A stretch of 62,451 bases of DNA, the filler included, from Choristocarpus tenellus KU-1152 (lineage: Eukaryota; Protista; Phaeophyceae), in the NCBI GenBank assembly GCA_964200185.2. It is 11 parts of 11 records of this genome, joined end to end, with 100 filler letters (N's around TTAATTAATTAA, not from the genome) between each part and the next. Parts side by side here need not be neighbours in the genome. Positions count along the whole stretch, not along the records: positions 38,869 to 47,016 come from CAXNAD020005079.1; positions 47,117 to 50,474 come from CAXNAD020020558.1; positions 50,575 to 54,151 come from CAXNAD020019149.1; 8 more parts are not named here. The stretch is one strand, 5' to 3'. Made by a program: the position numbers and the translations under genes. Position 1 is the first letter of the stretch, and each line of letters starts with the position of its first letter. Below are positions 40,816-51,330 of the stretch, in pieces. Under the pieces are notes generated by a model that did not search any database, was not told the origin of the DNA, and worked only from the letters and a program-made list of their open reading frames with translations.

Positions 40816-40892
40816 TTGCACGGACGGATGGGGCTTTTTTTTTGGCCTTGCACAATTGAATTGACGATCGCATGTAACCTGCTGCTGCGGCA

Positions 40893-41163
40893 GGTTGTGA
40901 AGTGTTGCATGGAACGCATAGAAGCTAACCTGGCGGAGCGTGTCCGGGCGGAAGTGGCGCTGAATATGGCGCAGGAAAGAGAATCAGCCGCATCTATGGG
41001 GGTGGAAGGAAAGGGGGCGGGGGGGGGGCACATTAGCCTGGAAAGCGTGGTAGATAGACTGGAGAAGTTGGAGATGAAGGTGGAGGACCAGGGTGGGGCT
41101 ATGGATGATATTGCGGTGAGAGAGGACCTAGTATGTGGAAGGCGTTCTTTTTGGAAATGCTAG
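40893..41163 (+). CDS. Possible terminal exon encoding a coiled-coil segment, unknown protein
   Basis: cggcag| acceptor, then VVKCCMERIEANLAERVRAEVALNMAQERE...SVVDRLEKLEMKVEDQ...*; GC/purine-rich. Upstream exons unresolved. Confidence 0.35.
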
Positions 41164-41692
41164 TGAGTCCTGGGCTTCGTGTGCATGGGTAGGTGTATTG
41201 TAGTGTTCGATACCTTTTTTTTGTCTTTTGTGAATTTTTGCTTGTTGTGTTATTTTTTTTTCTGACTAGTTTGTAGAGCAGATGGCGTTTTTGTGAAGAT
41301 GTCAACTTTGGTGTAGGGCACCCCTCTCTTCATACCACCTTGTTGGTACCAAGTTGTCGACTGGGAATTAGAGGTAGGGTAGACTTTGTCTTGGGTTTGA
41401 ACTATCATCATCGCGAGAAAGTACTGGGAATGAATAGGGGTTATGCTATGCATGTACATGTTGGCAATATCGGGTGGATTAGGAAACGTGCGATGAACAT
41501 TTGTATTTTCAAAGTTGGAACACGTTGAACACGTCCTTGGTGTCCATTCGTCACTGATGAGAGATGAGAGGACAAGTTTTGTGTATTGAAAGTATTATTA
41601 GTTTACATACCACTAGATATTTGAAAACGTCATTGAAACGGGTAGGGCACTACCTGAACGACTTCCATCTTGTGTGTCCTGTGTCGTCCCTG

Positions 41693-41717
41693 CCTAACCC
41701 TAACCCTAACCCTAACC
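41693..41717 (-). repeat. Interstitial telomere-like (TTAGGG)n
   Basis: CCTAACCCTAACCCTAACCCTAACC; an opposite-orientation GGGTTAGGGTTAGG lies near 41932-41945. Confidence 0.85.
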
Positions 41718-43378
41718 GCCGATATGTTGTTTGGAGTGAATAGGACCAAAGTGGTCTACTCTGCTTTTTCTTTGATTCTGTGGCTGCTGTGTTTAGGGTA
41801 TACCTTTAAAGTGTTTTTGTCGACTCGCCGCTAAATGTTTGGGGACTACTGTGTGACAGGTTGAGGTACAGAACGGACTATGTTCCTTAATCTATGAAGA
41901 AGGCAACCTCTGTTTGTCCTTGATATTCTCTGGGTTAGGGTTAGGACTTTTTTTTTCTAATGAGGAAGCACAGATATTTTGTCAGGTAGAAAGGGTTTAG
42001 CAACAATGGAACAAGGGGTTGTTTCGCTGCCCCAAGGTATGACAATAAAAGGTATACCACCAATATGCACGCACTTACCATTGGGGGTACTAACTGATCA
42101 TCCTCCTCCCTTTCGTTCCTTGCAACAGAAAAATATATATATTTGCGCTGTCTTAAATATATGGCACATGTGTACTGTACTGTACTGTATATACAACAGT
42201 GTGCATTATGAAGTATGCTTGCTCGATGATGCGTGTTGTCCTGCTTGGCTCAATTGCCTTGTAGTACCTGCTGCCCAGCGTGAAAGGGTTTTTGTGGTTT
42301 TTGTTCAGGATCAGGGTCTAGACCGTTTGCTCTGTGATGTCTCTTGTCTACCCAAAAAGCTTGGGTCTCTGTTTGTACAATAGGTTTGAAATGTGGCGTT
42401 TTTTTGTCCTGTGTTAGCCTGTGCCGTCTGTTGTCTGGGGAAGTATTTGAGGTGATTTGCTGTGGAATCTGTGTTTTGCAAGGTGATGGTCAGGGTTGTT
42501 TTTGTTTTTAACTTGTATTTTTCAACGAATGCTTCGGCCTGTTTGGGCTGTATCGACAGGATCAGTTTGCTCTGGTCTATGGTGTGTTCTTCGGACAACC
42601 CTTTGTTGTGTTGTGTTGTGTTGTGCGAGTGTTGAGTGCTAAGTTGTGCGAGTGTTAAGTTGTCTGGCATGGTGAAATGCTTTGTCCATTGTGAGGTTCG
42701 TTCTTGTTGGGGAGAGTGTTCTGGTAAGCCGGTAGATTCAAGACGGAGATATTTTCGGGTGGGGGGAGGGGAAATCATCCCTGTTCCGTTTGATGGTGCT
42801 TAATAAAAACCTCAGGTTGTAGTCCGTGAAGGGTTTGGTAGTGTGGAGGTAGGTCATCATGCCGTCTTTTTTGAAGATATGTTCTATCCAAAAGATTGTC
42901 CTGCTTCAAAGACCTGGTCTATGCATCTGTCAGGGTGAATACCTTTTTTTTTCTCTTCAATATGTTGTTTACTGTGAGAATACTGTTGACTCAACAATCT
43001 GTAAGAGCTCACTCCATTACAGAGTCTCGCTCTCATTGCTTCATTCTTGTGCCCTCGATCTGAAATAGCGTAAGCTTGAGGTGATATCAAATTCAGTGGA
43101 CAAGTTGGCTCTTGGGCTGGAGGGTGGGGCTGAGAACGGAAATGGAGGGGGGAAGAAGGAGGAGGTTGAGAAACTGAAAAGGATCTTGGTGGAGGTTCAC
43201 TGTATGTCCAGGAAGGTACAGTAAAGAGTGAATGCATATGATTGACTGAATGCTGCTCACATGATGAGGCTTTATTGGTGTAGATGGTGTTACTTTTAAA
43301 AAATCTGTGTTCACCTACTCCTCACTCTTGGTGTGGTGCTATATATTGTGCTACATGCCCTACTACTAGTAGTAGTAC

Positions 43379-43412
<34 letters not shown>

Positions 43413-43482
43413 GTGCACTCTCAGCCTGTATTATACATTTATGTGTAGTATTTATTTTGTTAGCTCTTTGAACCAGCTGTTA

Positions 43483-43740
43483 GAGTGAAAGTATCTTAGA
43501 GGGTAGGAGTTGTTCCCTGTTTGTCCATTTGGGCTTGGCTTCCTACGGGTTTTTAAGGACATTTTACCTACTCCAAAATGTTTTGGAGTAGGTAAAATGC
43601 TTACGTAATGAAAAGATGTGTCCAGAACAAGGATATTGATATCTCCTAAAAAAAATGATATCCAAAATTACATCAAAATCACAACATTGGATATTGGTCC
43701 CCAAATGGACGCGGCTCTACCCTCTAAGGTACTTTGACTG
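43483..43740 (+). mobile_element. MITE family B, full-length
   Basis: GAGTGAAAGTATCTTAGAGGGTAG ... CTACCCTCTAAGGTACTTTGACTG; TSD TTA/TTA; internal 19-bp perfect stem at 43560-43599. Confidence 0.9.
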
Positions 43741-46700
43741 TTATCAAGCATACAACACAACACAGACTTTTTTCAGCACTGTTGTTGAAGAATTAGAATT
43801 TCGTTTCTGTGGGTATTATTTGGAAGGGATGTACGTGTGGGATGACCTCGATTGTCCTGTGTTGGTGGTAATTGTGTGATCAATGTACTAGAGCATCAAG
43901 TTTTCGCTTCTTTTGTATTGAAATACTGTACATACATGCCTGCAGTTGCAGTCATATTCCTGCAAGGTCCGCTGATCTAAGGACATTTTTTTTTTAATCT
44001 TACTCATGAAATAAAAATAGTTGTAGAAAATATTTTTTATTTTATTTTGTCAGTGCCATATGAGAACATAACTTTCCCAATGTGACACAATCTGAGTGAA
44101 TTGAATCAAAACACCTGAGTGAGTGAGTGTGTGTGTGCGTGTGTGTGTGTGTGTGATAAATGAACAGGCTGCTGCACAGATGTTATCGGAGAGAGAGATG
44201 AAAGATGCTCTTATCGAAGACCTTACTGCACGCCTTCAGAACAAGGAAACTTCATAGGATGCAAACTCCACGTTGCTGCATGTTGTTGATTGTATTTTCA
44301 AGGACAGTTGGGAGTCCCCTCAATCAATTGTTGGGGACTGTTCAGGCAGCTCTTCTAGGTTGAGGACTGTCTCAAGGAGATTGCCTGGCATTACGTGTGC
44401 ATCCATGTTTGAGTTTTTGTGATGCCATGAATGAGTGCATCCTATTGGCTGAATGTAACATACAGGCTATTCTATTGGTTTATATGTTGCTTTTAGAAAC
44501 CTTCAGTCTTGGTATACGTTACTCTCGGTAAACTAGAACCTGCAGTTATATTTTGTTGACTAGGGGCGGGGGTGTCTCAAAGAGGATTTTACACTTGGTA
44601 CTTGTAGCTTTGGTGAAGGCGTTTTGACATGCGGTTCAATGGAGTGAGCAGAATATTGGTGTTGAAGCGGCATCTTCTTATTATAGTGCATATAGCAATG
44701 GACTCCACATTCTTGCCAAGGCTTGACTTGATCATCGTGAGATCATTAGTGACTATTCCTGTGTAGGATGGTTTTGTTTGTTGAGTGTTTGTTATTCGAT
44801 AGTTACTGGTGTAGGCGTTTGAGCCAGTCAAGAGAGCTATTGTGGGTTGTTGACATGGTATAGCTTGTTTTGCCTGCTGGTCTATGGAATACTGTTGATA
44901 AAACATATAGTGTATTATGCTTGCTACGATACTGTATGGTCCATGCACCACAATAAAAATATTAACAATAAACATCTTTCAGGTAGTCCTTGTTTCATCT
45001 TCAAGTTCATAGACATGGTGCATGCCATTTCCCCGCACTCAATTTTGACTCTTGTGTTATCTGAACCAGATTTAACATATTATCATTACTTGTTCCCATC
45101 TTTGAGGAGGACAAAATGCAGAGGATTGTGTAAAATACGGAATCCACTACTTGGTAGCATCCTTGAATCTTTATTTTGTGTGACTTTCCTGATTTGTCCT
45201 GTTGTGTATATCATAGATCAATGAATAGTTCACCACCAAGAATGCTCTATGATCTTTCTGTAGCTTTGCCGTCTTGGTTGTATGGGTAGAAGATGCTGCA
45301 GGTTCACACATTTATATGGAGCTAGTCGCAAGCTTGTTGCAACATGAATGTGACTCATCAGTCGGTCAGCCATGAGAGATAAGTATTCTGGAATGATCAA
45401 TTTATTCCTTCCAGATACTTGAACCTATACATTCTCAACTCCATATTCTGAGTTGTTCCTATTGTTGTCAAGAGATACAAGGAAGCGTAGACCAATGAAT
45501 GAACTATCAACTGTTCTTGTAGCCATTGAGAAAAACAGTTAACACAGCGATTTATTGAACATATGCATGTCATTCATTGTTGTATGCAGATAACAAAAAA
45601 ATATATATGATTAATTTTTTCCCTGTGTGCTTGTGGTAAGACTGATCTCGTGATCGTTAGAGGTTCCTAGTATGAGATAGATGATGATGCTGTTGGTAGT
45701 CTGGCTGTCATGCTTGCGCGAAGAAGTCCCACTCTTCTGGCAAACTGCAGACTGGAAAACAAACAAGATGTGATTAGAAAAACTTTTGACTTACTCAACG
45801 TTTTCATGTCCTAGTGAACCTGGTAGTTGCAGATCCTGCCAAGGTGAGCAAAAGGTATATCGGCACATCTTTAATGAGTTGTGTTATGAACCGAAATGTC
45901 TTACGAGTACGATTAAATCGGCTAACGATTTAATTGTAGGCCAACGAGGCGATGCGTACGAAACGCACGGAAACCCATGAGTAGCGCGTGTCACTACAAG
46001 GTCAAAACTCCAAACTCGTGAACAGTCAAATATATTGGTAGTGACACTTTATAACGAATATAGTGTTTTGTTACCTCTGACACGTTCATTACTAACACTT
46101 GTGGTATTGTGATCAAACTCCCCAGTGTGGTGTTGCGATTCGGAACACTAACAATGAGGTCAGAAGGATTCGAACTATCCTGGAAGTAGCATTGACGTGA
46201 CAATGTGCAACAGGACTGGGGTTCTTGTGATGTGGGTATCCGCCACAATTTATTAGTGCTTGTCCTCATTCATCCTCTTCTAGTACAAGATACTGGTGAA
46301 AAAAATATTATACGAGCCGGTATCATTATGCTTAGTTTGCGATAAAATGCCAGAAGGCAAGTGGTTGATGCAAGGGAGTGTGCCTTTCCTTTGTTGTTGC
46401 CCACAACGTTAGACAAAAATAACCTAGGGTAGTAATAGTTGTTCAATGAGGAGTTTATATCATGTTATATTCTCTGCTTTCAAAGGCAAAGAAGAGGTGT
46501 ATACATGCACATTGCCATCCATGCCCTTGAGTGTGATTTATCGGTCACTACAGTGACCAAAACAACATATAACAGTGGATTTTAAAAATTGAGGATGGAG
46601 TGGGGCTATGAGGATGGTTGTTCTGCGAAAACGGTCTTGAAAAAGTACCGAAAGGTTTTTTTTTGCAACTGTTTTTGTACAAGCAGTAGTAAGGGATTAT

Positions 46701-47146
46701 TAATAGGTCGCATCCACAAAAAAAAATACTTACCAAGCCCACAAAGAAGAACGAACACATGTTTCACTCTGGATCTAATATGTATATGAAAAGCTTGTGC
46801 TTCGAACATATTTTCGGCGTTAATGGCTGTTATTGCCGTCGTGTAGTTTTGGCACGCTTATTAATAGTAGGAAGAAGAAGAAGAAGAAGAAGTTAGGGTT
46901 AGTTGATAAGATAATATCGTGATAATCTTTCTTGTTAGAGGCGGTACGTATGTACGTAGCGGCCAAACTTTGTACCATAATAGGCGGCGTCCACCTACTC
47001 TTCGACATTGTTATTGNNNNNNNNNNNNNNNNNNNNNNNNNNNNNNNNNNNNNNNNNNNNTTAATTAATTAANNNNNNNNNNNNNNNNNNNNNNNNNNNN
47101 NNNNNNNNNNNNNNNNGGGGGGGTAATCTGGGGAGGGGGGAGATCC

Positions 47147-47299
47147 ATGAGCACGGAGACCAGCCAACCGGAGGGGGACAGCAAGGGGAATGGCGAAGGA
47201 CCAAATGTGTCGTGGAAGGATATCAAATGCGTGCAGAATCTGATCGAGCGATGTCTTCAGAAGTTCATGACTCAGGCGGAGATCATTGCTGCGCTACAG
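47147..47299 (+). CDS. A_thal_3526 (TIGR01589-like) family protein, first exon
   Basis: MSTETSQ...VSWKDIKCVQNLIERCLQKFMTQAEIIAALQ matches the DI..VQNLIERCLQ.YM...E....L signature; probable GC donor CAG|gcaaga. Confidence 0.8.
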
Positions 47300-49261
47300 G
47301 CAAGAGTATTCTTTGATTCTTGCCTTCATTTTCTTGCCCTGGTGGTGATGCAAGCCGCGAAACATGAGAAATGACTCGTTGTGTTTGTTAAGCGCAGATT
47401 GTCAGTGGGTCGCAGGTATCCTGTGGACCTTGCTCGCTTGATTACATTTTCATCAAAGCAATAACAGCTAGAATGGGACGTATCCCGACTGGAGCAAGTC
47501 CCATCACCACAGTGAATTGAGGCAAGAAAACGTTCCTGGTTTGAGGTACAACGTAACTACCATCAATTTTGCTCTCATGGGGTGAGATTTTAGTGTGGTC
47601 TCTTGAGGGACCATGTACTCCAGTCTTGACCTACGCCATCCCCCGCAAAGCAAAGTCACCTTCGAAAAGATCAGTGGTGTGGTGCCTACTCTCCAATTTG
47701 AGTTTCACTGTTAACTATATTGGCCCGATTTCTCGGATGCTGCTTATACTATTGTTTAAATCTTCGTCGTTCTATCATCGATGTGATAGTGTACTGATAT
47801 TTGCATCATGGCTTTGAACGTTTTCGACCTTGTAGAAATGTCCATTGGCTGAAGCTGAAAACCTCCTATGTCAGGAGTGTCCACTATTCTTTTTGTGATG
47901 AGGGATGTGTGATGTGGAAACGTTTGAAGAGTGCTTTCCAAATAAACACCGATTTTTTTCGCTAAATTGCGCATACATCTGCATACCTGGCTTTCATCAA
48001 GTTTGAGCTTGAAACCGTTTACAACCCCCTGACAACGGAACAACTTCCTCTCTCGACGAAATGCAACCTCTTTGGTCCCTGACAAGGATTGCAATGTTGA
48101 TCTTAGAGACAAGGCCATTTTTCCTTCTTCAGTAGTATGGCATATTCATGGATGAACTTGTTGGAGTTCTTGTAGTTTGATGCTGCACTATCCAAGACCT
48201 CTGTTGACCTTAACCAATCCTAGTCTCAAAATAGCAAAGATTATTCTTGAATGCTATCAAAGGATGAGATTCATTTTTTTTCTGGCGTTCATGAATTTTT
48301 ATCTAAAGATCCAGCATTGATTTTAAGTTTTATTTGGTGCTGATGTCTTCAAATTTGGTCAATATTTAGATATTTTGTTGATGAGAAAATATAACTGTGA
48401 TTGTTACCACTACCTTTTCTACATGGAAAAACAAGATCACAAAGACACTAGTTTACGTCTCCGCCAAGGAACAGGAAGGTGAACTTGATTCTGTTTTCCA
48501 AAAGGTATACCAATGAACTGTTGGAGTGAGCATGGAAATGACAGAGCACAAAATATGAGGTTCATTTTTGTACATTTGTATGGGAAATTGTTCAGAACAC
48601 CTTCACTCTCAGAGGAAGAGAGAGCGAAATAGGAGAGTGAACATTTCTGTGCTCACAAAAAAAAAAGATATCTACTCTGAACTCAAAAACCTTTCAACTT
48701 ACTGTGAGAGTTGGCATAGAAATAATAAAATAATCAGAGCTGAAAGTGGTAGCTTAGTTTTTTCACGTGAGAACTTAGGGAGTAAGATACAAACGTATCA
48801 TGTAAGATAGGATCAAATATCGATTAGATCATCCTTACAAGCAAAATCGGCTATCATATTTGAGGTATTGAATATTAAAAATACATACACACATCAGGTT
48901 CAGGGGTGGTTGGAAAGAAGTAGTACCAACACAGCACATATTTGTTATATACGAGCACCCTAATGCTACCTACCCCTAACCCTAGCCTTTTTGTTCATAT
49001 TAATGGTAAATCATTTTTGTAGAATTATGAAATAGGATATTGTAACCACAGGACTGTCTCACCTTGGATATAAGTTTAACGTTCAAACCCATCCTAGAGA
49101 TAGATCAGTTACACCTTACTTGCCCAGGTTACAATCATTGACACACTTCACCATAACAGGGGTAGAAGACTTTTCACCATTCAAAAATGCCAATTAAAAA
49201 AATAGTATGAAGTACTAGTATCCTCTCCATGAATCCAACTTCAACCTGCGGTAGTCCTGAT

Positions 49262-49470
49262 CCTAACCCTAACCCTAAGAAAAACATATTCATATGCACG
49301 TAATACGATGGGTGTCTGACCCTAACCTTAACCCTAATCCTAACATATCGTACGTTACAATTGTTTGCATGGCTGCTGTAGTACAAGTGTATGCTTAAGT
49401 CTCTTTTGGCCTCTAACCCTAACCCTAAGCAGGCTGATGCGGAACTATTCAAAACCCTAACCCTAACCCT
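49262..49470 (-). repeat. Cluster of four short CCCTAA (telomere-like) tracts
   Basis: Tracts near 49262, 49321, 49412 and 49455, each 2-4 units, separated by unique spacers. Confidence 0.8.
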
Positions 49471-50299
49471 GACTATATCTGTAGTCTGGGACAAACAAAT
49501 CTAAGCTATTTGTTTATTCAGAAGAATGTACACACACATAATAATAATAAAATTTTACAAGACCGCCATGCTGCTTTTTTGAAAAACTTCGTTTAGTGGC
49601 ATGAACTCAAGGTGTTGAGTATTTAGAGCGTACGGTTTTTGTATTGCAGGGTGAGGCGGGGTCATCTGCAATATGCGAAGTAGTTGTGTGTGCTTGAGAA
49701 CCAGGAGGAGAGAGACCTCTTCCTTGAGTGAGTACTGAGAATCAGTTAGTTGTGCGATCTTTAAAGGGACAGACAGATGATGGTTGTTAGGGTTAGAGGG
49801 TTTTACTTTGTATACTCAAGAATCTACTTGATTTTATTGTATGATGAGTACCTACTAGAGTTTACTGTATGATCATACCAACTACAGTATGTGGGTAAGG
49901 GACTCTACAGTGGCCCCGTAAGTCTCTCATTAGATCTCATTTTTTTATTGAACCCCACAGGTGAAATGGAGTAAGGGTCTTGATCTATTGAAATGGGTGC
50001 AGTAATGACTATGCAATGAAGTGATGTAGAGCTGATGGAACATAAGTCTTTTTTAGAGTACATTGGGCGGGCCTGTCAAACTCCGATTGCAGGATTGGTG
50101 AATATAGTATATCTGACATACTATGTAGTGTATGTGTATGCATTGCCTGTTTTGTCATTGGGGCAACGCTTTGCTCGTAAATATATATATATATATATAT
50201 TTAATTGGCAAGAGTTCTGTGCCAAGGCAGAAAAAAATAGAAAACATTTTTTCATGCTACTGCTTGATGAATTACTACTTTTTTTTGTGATCGACACAT

Positions 50300-50474
50300 C
50301 CATTGTACCTCATTTGTGACATCACCATTGTATCTCATTCGTGACATCGCCATTGTACCTCATTCATGACATCACCATTGTACCTCATTCGTGACATCAC
50401 CATTGTACCTCATTCATGACATCACCATTGTACCTCATTCGTGACATCACCATTGTACCTCATTCATGACATCA
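50300..50474. repeat. Minisatellite, 25-bp unit, about 7 copies, running into the contig end
   Basis: CATTGTACCTCATTC(G/A)TGACATCAC at a period of 25 nt, with G/A variants alternating in the later units. Confidence 0.92.
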
Positions 50475-50574
50475 NNNNNNNNNNNNNNNNNNNNNNNNNN
50501 NNNNNNNNNNNNNNNNNNTTAATTAATTAANNNNNNNNNNNNNNNNNNNNNNNNNNNNNNNNNNNNNNNNNNNN

Positions 50575-50700
50575 GGACACCCTGGCGTAGCCCCCCCCCC
50601 CCCCAGATACTTTGGGTCAATGTCATTAAAGACAGGTGGGCAGTTAAGCCCCAAATGGACAAACAGGAAAAAACTTGTACCCTCTAAAACACTTTCACTC
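50575..50700. mobile_element. MITE A right end (50575-50618) next to a reversed MITE B left end (about 50645-50700)
   Basis: CCCAGATACTTTGGGTC, then CCCCAAATGGACAAACAGG...TACCCTCTAAAACACTTTCACTC. Confidence 0.8.
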
Positions 50701-50701
50701 T

Positions 50702-51330
50702 ACTAGACCTGATGTGCATTTCGCAGTTGGAGAGTTGGCATCTAGTGTGGAGAATCCAATTTGGTCGGCTGAATCCTGAGAGATTAATAGGGTATCTGTT
50801 AGATTCAAGAGAACATGGCATTACCTTCAGAAATTCTTAAATTATGGGGATAGACCGCGTGACCAGCTAATTGGCTATACAGATGCTGATTGTGGTAACT
50901 ACAAGGAAATAATATTTTCTGTTTCAGTTGGTGTTGGGGTGTTTGAGGGAGGATGTGTTGACTGGTGGTCCAGGAAGCAGAAAACGGTTACACTGTCTAC
51001 TGTTGAGGCTGAGTATGTTGCACTCTGTGAGTTGGGGAAATAGATTATAATCCCTAAGCAGGTGCGCATTTTCATGCAATCACTTCGTAAGAACTACTCT
51101 GTATCAGTGTTTAAGGATAATGATGTTGCAATTAAGACTGCTCAGAAGGAAGTATGTAGAGGTAGAAAAAAAGCATAGATATACGGTAGCACGAAATACG
51201 CCAGCTGGAGAGGGAAGGAAAGATAGCAATTGGATATTTGGCTATGGAGTTACAGCATGCGGGTCATTTTACAAAGGATCTGTCTAAGGAATAATTCAAT
51301 AGGCTTTCCAGTATTATCATGGGTAGAATG
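50702..51330 (+). pseudogene. Ty1/copia LTR retrotransposon RT C-terminus and RNase H relic
   Basis: TRPDVHFAV, IGYTDAD, WWSRKQKTVTLSTVEAEYVAL, DN..AI, K.IDIR.HEIR and FTK.L motifs, interrupted by stops and frameshifts. Confidence 0.9.

Noticed and set aside
49174-49494. ORF with VRVRVRV/GLGLG repeats
   Set aside because: Translation of TTAGGG-type tracts.
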